Origin: an uncultured virus (IMG/VR IMGVR_UViG_3300045953_000067)
Lineage: Duplodnaviria > Heunggongvirae > Uroviricota > Caudoviricetes
Length of the DNA stretch: 64,000 nucleotides
Direction: 5' to 3' (one strand)
IMG/VR virus record: IMGVR_UViG_3300045953_000067
The position numbers and the translations under genes were made by a program. This document shows positions 45,840 through 55,804 of the stretch, one piece after another. How positions within the stretch are numbered: position 1 is the stretch's first letter; every line of letters begins with the position of its first letter. The notes beneath the pieces are model-generated. The model was given only the letters and a program-made list of their open reading frames with translations. It searched no databases and had not been told where the DNA came from.

Positions 45840-48539
45840 ATGGCTGACGACCGAGAAATTCAGATTCGGATCACGGCGAAGAACCTGACCTCGGACGAGT
45901 TCGAGAAGGTTCGGAAGAACGTCGCCGCGGTCGCGAACGAGACGAAGACCTCGACGGATCGGATGTCCGGATGGGCGAACTCCGTCAAGGGTGCGGCCGG
46001 TCTGGTGGGGCTCACGTTCTCTGTCGGCGCCGTCGTCGAGTTCGGGAAGAAGGTATTCGACACGGCGAGCCAGATCCACGATATGGCGCTCAAGCTCGGC
46101 GTGTCTGCCGAGGCGGCGCAGGGGTTCAAGTTCGCCGCCGAGCAGGGGGGCTCGTCGATCGAGGCCGTCGGGAAAGCGATCACGAAGATGAACGGCCTTC
46201 TCGTGGAGGGCGACAAGGGCACGGTCAAGGCGCTCGAGAAGCTCGGGCTCAAGTTCTCCGACATCCGCGGGATGAAACCGGAGGACGCGTTCCTCGCGAT
46301 CGCGGACGAGATCAAGAAGATCCCGGATCCGATGGAGCAGTCGCGGGTCGCGGTGGAACTCTTCGGGAAGACAGGCGCCGAACTCCTGCCGGCCATCAAG
46401 GAAGGGTTCCGGGAAGTCTCTGACGGCGCGTCGAAGATGTCGAACGACACGATCGACAGCCTCGAGGCGGCGCAGGACGCCTGGTCCTCGCTGTCGAACA
46501 GTGTCGTCATTGCGACCGGGACGATCATCGGGCACACGATCAGCGCGGCGAAGGAGATGACCTCGAGCGCGAGCGGGTTCGCGACGTGGGTCCAGAACGC
46601 GATCAAGCACGGACCGGCGGTCGCGTTCACGTTCGCCGACGCGGCGACGCAGGCGAAGAAGGCCGCGAAGGAACTGACCGAGGAGCAGAAGACCGGGATC
46701 CAACATCTGATCAAGATCGGCAATTCCGCGGAGGCCGTCTCGGAACTGTTCGGCGAGGCGTCCGAGGCGGCGCTGAAGTACGGCCGGTCGCTCTCGGAAG
46801 CCGCGAAGCCGACCGCGAAGACGAAGGAAGAGACCGAGGCGCTCGAGAAAGCTCAGAAGAAGGCGCAGCAGGCCGCCGAGCAACACGCGGCCGCGATCAC
46901 GAGTCTGCGGGATTCGATGTTCGGGAACGGCGCGATCAAGGCAGCGAACGACCTGACGCAGGCGCTCGGCTCCGTGACGAACATCTCGAAGCTCAGTAAG
47001 GAGCAGCAGGCCGAGGTCAACGTCAAGATCGGCGAGGCGACTGAAGCCCTGACCCGGCTCGGGAAGAAAGCCCCGGAGACCTATCGCGCCTGGTTCGAGG
47101 CGACGGCGCCGGCCGCGGCCGAACTGAAGAAGCTCGACCTCGGGCTGATCAACCTGAAGGGGACAGTCGAGACCCTCCCGTCGCGGCCGATCCAGGAACT
47201 CTCCGAGCGGACGCTGTCGCTCGTCGAGAACCTGAAGCTCCTGCCGATCGGGAAGCGGGCGATCGATGGACTGGCTGACGCGACCGAGGAGTTCAGTCGC
47301 GAGGCGAAGGAGGCCGAGGAGCGGCAGAAACGCTGGAACGACGCCACGAAGGTGGCCGAGGAACGGTCGAAGAGGTTCGATCAGAGCATCGGCGAGCTCG
47401 CGTCGTCGCTGTCGAACCTCGCCAACATTGCCGGCGGGACGTTCGGCGGGATCGTTCGGGACATCGGCACGATGATCTCGGCGCTCGACACGGCCAAGAA
47501 GTCACAGAAGGCGTTCTCCGAAGGTCTGGGCGACTTCCGCTCGGGCGACACGCTGACCGGGATCCTCGGGATGGCGTCCGGGATCGGCGGGATCGCGTCC
47601 GCGGCGATCTCGGCGGGCAAAGCGATCTGGGGGATGTTCTCGAAGACGGAGTCGAAGAAGGTCAACGACCTCCGGGACGAGTTCCTCCTCACGTTCGGCG
47701 TGACCGGGACGCAGATCGGGAGCGGGTTCGCGACGCTCGCGGCGAAGCTCGCCGAGATGGGCCAGGCCGGCGTCGACGCCTTCGACCGGCTGGTCCGGGC
47801 GAAGAAACAGGCCGAGTACGACAAGGCGCTCGCCGAAGTGAACAGGCTCCTCGACGAGCAAAAGAAAAAGCACGAGGAGTCTGCGAAAGCGGCCGAGGAC
47901 GCCTCCGCTCGAGAGCGCGCGGCGGCCGACGCCTACACGGACCGGATCAAGGCGCAGCTCGGCGAACTCGACCGCCAGCAGCAGGCGCTCGTCGACTCGA
48001 TCGCCGGCGAGGCGCCCGAAGAAGTGATGGGCGTCGTTGAGGCGCAGACCCGAGCGCGCATCGCGCAGATCGAAGCCGAGAAGCAGGCCCTCCTCAAGCA
48101 GCAGGGCGACGCCGTCGCGGAAGCCGAGAAGGTCCGCGACCGGGTCGAGGATATTTGGGACGACCCGATCCACGTGCCGATCGTCTACGACTACCCGAAC
48201 GGCACGAGCTCGCCTCTGCCGGAACCGACGGAGCGGTTCGCGTCCGGTGGGATCGTGTCGCGGCCGACGGTGGCGCTGGTCGGAGAGGGCGGCCGGAAGG
48301 AGATCATCGGCGATCAGTCCTTCATGACGTCGGCGCTGATGGGCGCGATCAACCGGATCGGGTCGTCGGGACTGTCGGCGGCCGGCGTCGGCGGGAGCGA
48401 CCGACCGATCGTGATCGAGAACGTGCTCGTCCTCGACGGTCAAGTGATCGACCGGCGCACGCTGAAGACGGTTCAGGCGGCCGCGCTCGCCGGCCAGGTG
48501 CAGATCCCGTCACGAGCCATCCGGGGGCCGAACGGATAG
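45840..48539 (+). CDS. Tape measure protein
   Basis: 899 aa, Ala-rich helical, LFGK.G.ELLP. Confidence 0.92.
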   Translation: MADDREIQIRITAKNLTSDEFEKVRKNVAAVANETKTSTDRMSGWANSVKGAAGLVGLTFSVGAVVEFGKKVFDTASQIHDMALKLGVSAEAAQGFKFAAEQGGSSIEAVGKAITKMNGLLVEGDKGTVKALEKLGLKFSDIRGMKPEDAFLAIADEIKKIPDPMEQSRVAVELFGKTGAELLPAIKEGFREVSDGASKMSNDTIDSLEAAQDAWSSLSNSVVIATGTIIGHTISAAKEMTSSASGFATWVQNAIKHGPAVAFTFADAATQAKKAAKELTEEQKTGIQHLIKIGNSAEAVSELFGEASEAALKYGRSLSEAAKPTAKTKEETEALEKAQKKAQQAAEQHAAAITSLRDSMFGNGAIKAANDLTQALGSVTNISKLSKEQQAEVNVKIGEATEALTRLGKKAPETYRAWFEATAPAAAELKKLDLGLINLKGTVETLPSRPIQELSERTLSLVENLKLLPIGKRAIDGLADATEEFSREAKEAEERQKRWNDATKVAEERSKRFDQSIGELASSLSNLANIAGGTFGGIVRDIGTMISALDTAKKSQKAFSEGLGDFRSGDTLTGILGMASGIGGIASAAISAGKAIWGMFSKTESKKVNDLRDEFLLTFGVTGTQIGSGFATLAAKLAEMGQAGVDAFDRLVRAKKQAEYDKALAEVNRLLDEQKKKHEESAKAAEDASARERAAADAYTDRIKAQLGELDRQQQALVDSIAGEAPEEVMGVVEAQTRARIAQIEAEKQALLKQQGDAVAEAEKVRDRVEDIWDDPIHVPIVYDYPNGTSSPLPEPTERFASGGIVSRPTVALVGEGGRKEIIGDQSFMTSALMGAINRIGSSGLSAAGVGGSDRPIVIENVLVLDGQVIDRRTLKTVQAAALAGQVQIPSRAIRGPNG

Positions 48540-48543
48540 GGGT

Positions 48544-49311
48544 ATGCCGAACCTGCGGTTATTGGTCACGAACGTCTACGACGACGCCTCGACGGTGCTC
48601 ACGGCCTCGACGGAGGCCGCCGGGCTCCCGGTCGGGAACTCGAAGACGACCGACCGGACCGCGGTCTGGCGCTCGACGACTGGCACGGGCACGCAGACGA
48701 TCGACATCGACCTCGGCTCGGCGCAGTCGATGACCTGCGTCGCGATCGCGAACCCGAAGATCCTCGGCGCCGGGGCGATCGAGGTCTACGAACGCGGCTC
48801 GGCCGGCTCGCCTGGCGCCGCGAACCTCGTCGCGACGCTACCGGCGCAGGACAGCGATACCCGTCTGACCTACGTCTTTTTCAACGCGAACAGCAAACGG
48901 CACTGGCAACTGAAATGGACGAACCCGACGGCGGCGAACGACTACGCCGAGGCCGGGTACGTGTTCCTCGGGACGTTCATCGAACCGACGGTCAACGTCC
49001 GGGCGCCGTTCCAGGTGGCGCGCGTCGACCCGTCGATCTCGCGGATGTCGGTCGACGGGCAGCAGAGCTTCGCGACGCGGACGAAGTACTACGCCGGGGC
49101 GTGGCAGTTCTACAACGCGCCGGAGGCGGACCTGACGAACCTCCGGACGATCTTCCGGACGATCGGGGTGAACACGCCGATCTTCGCCGTGCTCGACACG
49201 TCGATCGCGTGGATGGCCTGGTTCCTCCGGATCACGACCGCGCTCGGGGTGAACCCGGAAGAACTCGTCGGGCGCTACACGCCCGAGATCGCCTGGGAGG
49301 AGGCGCGCTGA
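48544..49311 (+). CDS. Tail tip / distal-tail-like protein (B)
   Basis: Ortholog of 696-1463. Confidence 0.7.
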   Translation: MPNLRLLVTNVYDDASTVLTASTEAAGLPVGNSKTTDRTAVWRSTTGTGTQTIDIDLGSAQSMTCVAIANPKILGAGAIEVYERGSAGSPGAANLVATLPAQDSDTRLTYVFFNANSKRHWQLKWTNPTAANDYAEAGYVFLGTFIEPTVNVRAPFQVARVDPSISRMSVDGQQSFATRTKYYAGAWQFYNAPEADLTNLRTIFRTIGVNTPIFAVLDTSIAWMAWFLRITTALGVNPEELVGRYTPEIAWEEAR

Positions 49312-49314
49312 CCT

Positions 49315-51192
49315 ATGGCGCCGACCTTCGCTGAGTTCCTGACCTGGCCGACCCGCGAGGAGGTCATCCTCTGCGAGTTGACGCCGTCGCTCACGGTGAC
49401 GGGCTGGACGCTGCAAACGGGCTCGACCTATAAGGCGACCCTCTCGCGGTTCGACACGGCGGCGGGGTTCTCGGTCTACCGGCGCGTCGTGGCGGTGTGG
49501 CAGAACGCGACGGTCCTGACGGCGCAGACCTCGATCCCGAACGTCGACGCGAACCCCGGATCGTACTGGTGGGACGAGACGAACTCCCTCCTCTACGTCC
49601 GGACGACGAGCGGGGCCGACCCGGACACCTTCACGGCGATGCAGGCCTTCGTCACGTTCTACTGTGGATCGAAGGGGCTCGTCCTCAACCGGACGGACGG
49701 GAGCCCGGACACGGGGATCTACTATCAGCCCTGGGTCACGGCGGATCTCCCGAGCGCGATCTTCACGATCGACGACCCGGTCTCAGGCGCGAAGACGGCG
49801 GCGACCGCGGAGCTCGCGCTCTTGAACGGGCACGGGTTCTTTCACTACGCCTATCGGACCTACAACTGGCGCTCGAAGAAGGTCAAGCTCTTCCTCGGCG
49901 GCGACTACAACGGACAGAGCCTTCTCCGGTCGCAGTACACGTCGTGTCTGACGCTGGTCGTCGAGAACCTGGCCCCGAACGAGGACGTCTGCAAGTTCAC
50001 GTTGAAGCCTCAACTCCGGCTCCTCGACCAGTCGATCCCGGTGACGCCGTTCTTCACGGACGCGTACCCGAACCTCGGCGAGGGCGTGCTCGGGACGCGG
50101 AAGTGGATCGGCTATGGGCGCGCGACGATCGCGCCGGACCTGACCGACACCCTCACGAGCTATGGGGTCTGGACGCTCGCCGACGCAGCCTACCAAACCC
50201 TCTTCGCGATCAACGCCGTCTATGCGATCAAGCGGGATGACACCGAAGGCCCGCAAGGGCTGACGCTCGGGATCCACTACACGCAAGACCTGACGGCGTG
50301 CACGATCACGATCACGGATCCGGCCTACGCCTGGCAGGACTACCGGCTGTCGGTCGACGTGACCGGGAAGCCGGACGGCGGCGGGAGCTACTACAAGACC
50401 TTCTCGGCGATCACGAAGGATCTGCTCACGACGTTCCTCGGGGTCTCCTCGACGGACATCGACACGACGGCCTTCACGAACGCCGCGGCTGACGCGCCGC
50501 AAGAGCTGAGTCTCTGGGTGAAGGATCCGCGGAGCCTCGCGTCGATCCTCGCGACGACCGAAGAGGATCAGCCGGCGCTCGAGCGGTCCGTGCTCGGGCG
50601 GATCCTTCAGACGCCGGCGGGCCTGTGGACGTGCTCGATCTTCCAGCCGGGCGGCTCGGCGGTTGCCTCGCTCCGGAAGGAAGACCTCGCGCGGTTCGAG
50701 TGCATCCCCGTGCTCGATGCGATCGCGCCGACGGTCGAGATCCAGTATGCCCACGATCACGACGCGGACACCTGGCAGAGCAAGACGAAGACGACGAGCC
50801 TTGTGCAGTACACCGCGGAGTCGACGAACCTGGTCGTCCTGAAGACGTTCCTCCGGAACGCCTCAGACGCCGAGGTGCTCTGCTCGCGGATGGCGCGGTT
50901 CCTCGCGGTCACGCCGGTGACGGAGGAGTTCGAGGAGCGCGGGACGCTGCTCGCGACGGCGCTCCCGGGCGACAAGGTCTCGGTCACGTACAGCCCGGCA
51001 CCAGGGGTCGGCGGGGCGTTCTCGGCGACGCTCTTCGAGATCGCGGAACTCGAGCGGAGTCTGCGGCCGGCGCTGACGATCAGCGGGCGGCTCGTCGTGA
51101 ACCCGCTCGAGAGCAGCGGGGTCTACGGGAAATGGCTGACCGGGGCCGGGGCCGGGCATTGGGGCGGCGGTTCGCCGACGCAGTGGTACTGA
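49315..51192 (+). CDS. Tail tip hub-like protein (B)
   Basis: Ortholog of 1464-3341. Confidence 0.7.
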   Translation: MAPTFAEFLTWPTREEVILCELTPSLTVTGWTLQTGSTYKATLSRFDTAAGFSVYRRVVAVWQNATVLTAQTSIPNVDANPGSYWWDETNSLLYVRTTSGADPDTFTAMQAFVTFYCGSKGLVLNRTDGSPDTGIYYQPWVTADLPSAIFTIDDPVSGAKTAATAELALLNGHGFFHYAYRTYNWRSKKVKLFLGGDYNGQSLLRSQYTSCLTLVVENLAPNEDVCKFTLKPQLRLLDQSIPVTPFFTDAYPNLGEGVLGTRKWIGYGRATIAPDLTDTLTSYGVWTLADAAYQTLFAINAVYAIKRDDTEGPQGLTLGIHYTQDLTACTITITDPAYAWQDYRLSVDVTGKPDGGGSYYKTFSAITKDLLTTFLGVSSTDIDTTAFTNAAADAPQELSLWVKDPRSLASILATTEEDQPALERSVLGRILQTPAGLWTCSIFQPGGSAVASLRKEDLARFECIPVLDAIAPTVEIQYAHDHDADTWQSKTKTTSLVQYTAESTNLVVLKTFLRNASDAEVLCSRMARFLAVTPVTEEFEERGTLLATALPGDKVSVTYSPAPGVGGAFSATLFEIAELERSLRPALTISGRLVVNPLESSGVYGKWLTGAGAGHWGGGSPTQWY

Positions 51193-51203
51193 GGGGCTGA
51201 GAC

Positions 51204-51674
51204 GTGAGCTTCGATTCAACGACGACGCCGGCATCCGGGGACGACACGCAACTCGCGGACTACACGCGCCTCCGGGACAACGACCGCTCGCTCGCCGGCG
51301 CGGGGCAGTCGCACGACCTGGGCGGGTCGCTCGACAAGTTCGTCGAGGATACGACCGAGGTCGACCTGCCGGACGGGTGGGATCTAGAGATCAACGGGGC
51401 CGAGCTCGGCGGCCGGACCGTCAAGCTCGAAGTGAATGTCATCGGCGAGACGACGACGAACGTGACCGTCACGGTGCGCCTGTGGAACATCACGGACGCT
51501 GGCGCGGTCGCCTCATCGGCCGTTGCGGTCGTGAACCCCAGCACGACCCGCACGCGCGGAGTCTCAGGCGCTCTGACGCTGCCGGCGGCGGCGAAGCGGT
51601 ACAAGGCGCAAATCAAGGGCTCTGTCGGCGCGTCGGCGAAGGTCGCGGCGCGCGCGAGGGTGATCATCACATGA
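51204..51674 (+). CDS. Minor tail protein (B)
   Basis: Ortholog of 3346-3816. Confidence 0.6.
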   Translation: MSFDSTTTPASGDDTQLADYTRLRDNDRSLAGAGQSHDLGGSLDKFVEDTTEVDLPDGWDLEINGAELGGRTVKLEVNVIGETTTNVTVTVRLWNITDAGAVASSAVAVVNPSTTRTRGVSGALTLPAAAKRYKAQIKGSVGASAKVAARARVIIT

Positions 51675-52201
51675 AGCGACATTTCCTCCCGTTGGCGGTC
51701 GTCTGTGCGTTCTTCGTTGCGACGGCGCTCGTCGCGCAGACGGCGACGGATCTCCATCGCGGCAAGGTCCGGATCGGATCGACGGCGACGGATGCGCTCT
51801 GCGTGGGGAGTTCCGGCGGGGCCTCGCCGACCTGCACGGGCGGGGTGAAGGGCGGCACGCTCGCGATCTCGAATATCGGGGTCAACTCGACAAGCGACGT
51901 CACGCTCTCCAATAACCTGATGGACGCGACCGGGACGCCCTCTAGGCAGTCGGGGTGCGGCGGCGGAGGCGCGACGGCTGGACGTGATTATGCCTTCACG
52001 CAGTCCAGAGGGGGCGGCACGGACACGAATTGCGTGATGCTCTTCGGGCATACGTGGAGCACGGCGCCAGTGTGCGTCGCCTCCATCCAGAACGGGAACG
52101 TCCCGGTCACGACCATCAACGCGTCGACGACGGGTGTCACGCTGTCGTACGCCAGCACATCCAGTTCGGAGACGTTCCAGGTGCTCTGCCGGAGTTATTG
52201 A
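51671..52201 (+). CDS. Signal-peptide receptor-binding-like protein with Cys-rich lectin-like C-domain (B)
   Basis: N-terminus shared with 3813-4973; F..W..APVCVAS tip. Confidence 0.75.
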   Translation: MKRHFLPLAVVCAFFVATALVAQTATDLHRGKVRIGSTATDALCVGSSGGASPTCTGGVKGGTLAISNIGVNSTSDVTLSNNLMDATGTPSRQSGCGGGGATAGRDYAFTQSRGGGTDTNCVMLFGHTWSTAPVCVASIQNGNVPVTTINASTTGVTLSYASTSSSETFQVLCRSY

Positions 52202-52204
52202 GCC

Positions 52205-52450
52205 ATGTCGACGACCACGAACGGCAACGGCTGGAAGACGCCGGCGATCGGCGCGCTCTGGGCGATCCTCCTCCTGCTCGCGGGCTGGTTCGTGCAGGAC
52301 TCTGCGGCCTTCCGCTCGGAGATCACGAAGCAGATCGGGGAGAGCACGGCGCGGATCGCAGTCCTCGAGGAGGCGAACCGGAATATTCGTGAATCCCTCG
52401 CGCGGATTGAGGCCGGCGTCGGCGAGCTCCGGCAGGAGCGCCGTCGGTGA
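52205..52450 (+). CDS. Single-TM coiled-coil lysis protein (B)
   Basis: Ortholog of 4970-5221. Confidence 0.55.
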   Translation: MSTTTNGNGWKTPAIGALWAILLLLAGWFVQDSAAFRSEITKQIGESTARIAVLEEANRNIRESLARIEAGVGELRQERRR

Positions 52451-52911
52451 CGGACGCCGAGATCGTCGCGCGCCTCGACCATGGCCACACTGTGGGGATC
52501 ACGATCTATGGCGAGGCTCGGGACCAAAGCATCGAAGGCCGGGTCGCCGTCGCGAACGTCATCCGGCATCGCGTCCTGGCGAATCGCGCATCGTTCGGCT
52601 ACGGGTTCCGAGAGGTCTGCCTGAAGGCGAAGCAGTTCTCGTGCTGGCTCCCGAGCGGCGGGCCGGCAAACTACCAGGCGGTGATGGAGGCGGCGCGCGG
52701 CATCGTCGACGGCCACGCACCCACGTCCATCTTGCGCGAGTGCCTGTGGATCGCCGACGGCCTGATGGTGAACGCGTTCGGCGACAACGTTCGGAATTCG
52801 ACGCATTACCTAACGCTCGCGCTCTTCCGGGTCGAGCCGCCCGCGTGGGCGAAGGGTCGCGAGCCGACGGTTCGGGTCAAGGACCACGTCTTCTTTGCGG
52901 ACGTGGCCTGA
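52447..52911 (+). CDS. Endolysin, SleB/Hydrolase_2 (B)
   Basis: IYGEARDQ..VANVI..QFSCW..THY. Confidence 0.88.
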   Translation: MTDAEIVARLDHGHTVGITIYGEARDQSIEGRVAVANVIRHRVLANRASFGYGFREVCLKAKQFSCWLPSGGPANYQAVMEAARGIVDGHAPTSILRECLWIADGLMVNAFGDNVRNSTHYLTLALFRVEPPAWAKGREPTVRVKDHVFFADVA

Positions 52912-52916
52912 GCGAA

Positions 52917-52997
52917 GTTGCGGGGCGGATCGTAGCTGGTACTCGGCGGCGGACAACTGAGGGGTTTTCCGGTGTCGGGTTCACCCCGCCCCGCAAC
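52917..52997 (+). ncRNA. tRNA-like structured element (degenerate)
   Basis: 12-bp terminal stem; ends resemble initiator tRNA; no canonical anticodon arm or CCA. Confidence 0.45.
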
Positions 52998-53008
52998 GCT
53001 TTCGGAGG

Positions 53009-53569
53009 GTGATGATGTTTCTGATTCTGCTCCTGTCCGCGGCGCTCTCGGCGCAGGCGTCGCTGCTGCCTGACCTGCAGGCGGCGCGCGCGAAGTATCC
53101 GACGCCGATCGTCGACGCGGGCCCGCTCCTGAACGAGGTCGCGCTGAAGCACCCCGGGTGGGGCCTCCAGCGCAAGGCCGGCGGAACCGTGTGCCACCAG
53201 CCGGTCACGAATGTCACGGTCGCCTGCGACATCCTCGTGCATCGGGCGAGCGCCCTGGGCTTCGACGTCCTGATCGACTCCGAGAACCGGGCGGTCCCGA
53301 CCTGGCCGTCCGGGGGCCCGGCGGACCTGGCGCTGTTCGTCGAGCCCGTCGGCGCGCCGCCGCCGGCGCCGGACCCTGGGCCAACCCCTTCACCGATCGA
53401 GCCGGTCGCGACCGCGGCGCTCCAGCGCGACGAGATCGCGCTCCTCCTGAAGATGCTCGAACAGCTCGAAAAGCTCGCGGCGCAGCAGCAGGACCAGACC
53501 GGGAAGCTCGAGCAGGCAATCAAGGACCTCAAGGCGGAAATCGCCAAGGGGATCCGGGTGCGGTGGTAA
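53009..53569 (+). CDS. Exported GLQRK-domain protein with coiled coil (B)
   Basis: Signal peptide; homologous to centre of 5673-7034. Confidence 0.7.
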   Translation: MMMFLILLLSAALSAQASLLPDLQAARAKYPTPIVDAGPLLNEVALKHPGWGLQRKAGGTVCHQPVTNVTVACDILVHRASALGFDVLIDSENRAVPTWPSGGPADLALFVEPVGAPPPAPDPGPTPSPIEPVATAALQRDEIALLLKMLEQLEKLAAQQQDQTGKLEQAIKDLKAEIAKGIRVRW

Positions 53570-53571
53570 CG

Positions 53572-53781
53572 ATGCGCGGATCACACGTCGCCGTCGTCAT
53601 CTCCGCCGCCATCGCGTTCCTGACGACGTTGTCGAGTATCCCGGATGGTCAGCCGATCGGGCGGCGCCTCTGGATCGGCGCGACGCTCGCGGCGCTCACG
53701 AACATCGGCGGCGTGTTCACGAGGAAAGCGAAGTTCGGGAAGCCGAACCCCGCCATCCCGCAGCGGCGGCGCGATGACTGA
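53572..53781 (+). CDS. Holin-like two-TM protein (B)
   Basis: Two hydrophobic segments, basic tail. Confidence 0.55.
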   Translation: MRGSHVAVVISAAIAFLTTLSSIPDGQPIGRRLWIGATLAALTNIGGVFTRKAKFGKPNPAIPQRRRDD

Positions 53782-54031
53782 GCACCTGTTCGCGCCGGAG
53801 GCGCTCGCGTCCAGGCCGCCGGTCACGGAGCCGATCAAGCAGGCGATCCGGGACGCCTTCCTGATCGTTCCGCCCGGCCGGTCGAGTGCGGTCCTGGCGA
53901 TCGCCGACGAGCACGGGGCGCGCATTCACGCCGCGGTGAAGCTCGGCGGACATTGGGAGGTCGGCGGCCAGATCGGGATCCCGATCGACGGGAAGCCGTC
54001 CGGCTGGGTCGGAGTGCTCGCGAGTTGGTGA
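53774..54031 (+). CDS. Conserved small beta protein ending ASW (B)
   Basis: Ortholog of 7270-7527. Confidence 0.7.
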   Translation: MTEHLFAPEALASRPPVTEPIKQAIRDAFLIVPPGRSSAVLAIADEHGARIHAAVKLGGHWEVGGQIGIPIDGKPSGWVGVLASW

Positions 54032-54201
54032 TGCGCCCCTGTATTCACTGCGGCAACACGGAACGCCTCGAACCGCTCGGCGAGGGCGTCTTCCTGTGTC
54101 CGTGCGGGCGGATCACGAAGCCCTCCGGGCCGCCCGTGAAACCTGACCCGCGCGTCCCGTACGACGTGCAGGGGTTCGTCGGCGGCGTTCCTGAAGACTG
54201 A
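54031..54201 (+). CDS. Small zinc-ribbon protein (B)
   Basis: CIHCG..CPCG. Confidence 0.6.
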   Translation: MRPCIHCGNTERLEPLGEGVFLCPCGRITKPSGPPVKPDPRVPYDVQGFVGGVPED

Positions 54202-54214
54202 CGAAAGGACGATT

Positions 54215-55111
54215 GTGGCTGAACCGATCTACCGGCTCGGCGTGATCAGTGATCTTCACGCGCTCGGCCGCTATGCCCTTGTGCCGCCGCGCTGGTGGCC
54301 GCAAGGCGGCGAGCACGTGCATCCGGCGGCGAAGTTCTACGGCTATATGTGGCAGTGCTGGTGCGACTTCGTGAAGCGGTGTCCACCGCTCGACGCGCTC
54401 ATCGTGAACGGGGATCTCATCGAGGGCGAGTCGCCGTCGAAGCGGGACACCGTCGAGGCGCTCTCCGACAGCTTCCTCGAGCAGGGGGCCGCGGCCGAAG
54501 AAATTATCGGGATGCTCACGCCTAAAGTGAGCGGACCGATCTGGATCGTTAGGGGGACGCCCTGGCACGATGGTAAGCACTTCGAGACGATCGAGTCGAT
54601 CGCCCGGAACCTCGGCGCCGAGCAGTGGAGCCCTGGACGCTACACCGGCTATGTGCTCGAGGGCACCTGGCGCGGGCTCGCGCTGAACGCGACGCACCAC
54701 ATGACGACCGGGGCGATCTACCGCGGCACACTGGCGGACCGCTCGGCGCTCTTCTCCGCGACGGCCGAGGGGCTCGGGAAGGCGAATCACGCCGACGTCA
54801 TCATCCGGTCGCATCTGCACATGAAGTACTTCGGGAAGTCGCACGGTCGCTGGATCGTGCTGACCCCGGCCTGGAAACTGATCACGCCCTACGCGATCAA
54901 GAAAATGGAGTTCTACCGTGCCACGCTCAACAGCGACCTCGGCGCGATCCTCATCGAGACCGACGGGAAGGGCAAAGTCACGATCGATGATCGATTCAGT
55001 TATGAGCCCTTCAAGGCCGCGCTCCGGTCGCTCGACGCCGGCGCCGACGTTCTCGGCGGACGAGCTCGTCGCGGCGCTCGAGGCCGCGGCGGGAAACGCG
55101 CGGACCGCTAA
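54215..55111 (+). CDS. Metallophosphoesterase (B)
   Basis: Highly similar to 7736-8614. Confidence 0.85.
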   Translation: MAEPIYRLGVISDLHALGRYALVPPRWWPQGGEHVHPAAKFYGYMWQCWCDFVKRCPPLDALIVNGDLIEGESPSKRDTVEALSDSFLEQGAAAEEIIGMLTPKVSGPIWIVRGTPWHDGKHFETIESIARNLGAEQWSPGRYTGYVLEGTWRGLALNATHHMTTGAIYRGTLADRSALFSATAEGLGKANHADVIIRSHLHMKYFGKSHGRWIVLTPAWKLITPYAIKKMEFYRATLNSDLGAILIETDGKGKVTIDDRFSYEPFKAALRSLDAGADVLGGRARRGARGRGGKRADR

Positions 55112-55280
55112 CGGTCTCACGACGCAGGAACTCTGTGCGGCGACCGGCCTCAGTCAGCGGGTCGTGCAGGAACGACTCGGCGTTCTGCATCGGGCCGGGC
55201 GGCTCCTCAGTCAGCGCATCATGCGGGTCGCGATCGATGGCGCGTACCGGCCGGTCTCAGCCTACCGGTTGAATGGATGA
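55002..55280 (+). CDS. Winged-HTH protein (B)
   Basis: GLTTQELCAATG..LHRAGRL. Confidence 0.65.
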   Translation: MSPSRPRSGRSTPAPTFSADELVAALEAAAGNARTANGLTTQELCAATGLSQRVVQERLGVLHRAGRLLSQRIMRVAIDGAYRPVSAYRLNG

Positions 55281-55558
55281 CTAAGCCTCCTCTCATCGCT
55301 CTGCGTTGGACGGACGCACACGGCGACGCGACCTCGACGTACGAGATGCACGACCTTCCGCACAAGGCGCTCGAGATCGTGACCTACGGGCTCCTCCTCC
55401 GGGATGACCACGACGGGATCACGGTCGCCTCCGAAGACTGCGGATCCGGATGCTATCGGGGCGTGACGTTCGTCCCGCGGAACATGATCGTTGGGGTGAA
55501 ACGGATCCACCCGGGCGGGCGGAAGGCCTCGAAGCCGGCGGCGGAAGCGGACGCATGA
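55277..55558 (+). CDS. Small phage protein (WxDA..TYG..VP..I)
   Basis: Common phage motif; replaces C39/kinase genes of A. Confidence 0.65.
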   Translation: MTKPPLIALRWTDAHGDATSTYEMHDLPHKALEIVTYGLLLRDDHDGITVASEDCGSGCYRGVTFVPRNMIVGVKRIHPGGRKASKPAAEADA

Positions 55559-55804
55559 AGGGCCGAGGCGCCGACGATCATCGGCAATGCCGATTCTGTG
55601 ACGCGGTCGACTCTCTCGAGGAGATCGGGCGGGTCTTGGTCTGCTGGTGCTGCGGTCGGACGCAACCGCAGAAACTCCAGCCGAAGAACTGACGCGCGGC
55701 CGGCGCTCGCGCTGGGGAACCGCTGACGCCCCTGTCTGCGGAGCGGGTGCCGGTCGCCGTCAGGTGTGCCCCGTCTTGGCGCGGTGATTACCACGCCGTC
55801 AGAT

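Larger units (their letters stand above)
1..47847. mobile_element. Temperate siphovirus-like phage genome, unit A (complete, circularly permuted, attP form)
   Basis: Full set of head, tail, lysis, integration, immunity and replication modules; sequence returns to position 1 at 47848. Confidence 0.9.

Noticed and set aside
55692..55804. Possible ribozyme or ncRNA in the B intergenic region
   Set aside because: Only short stems; no recognisable catalytic core; more likely a convergent terminator region.
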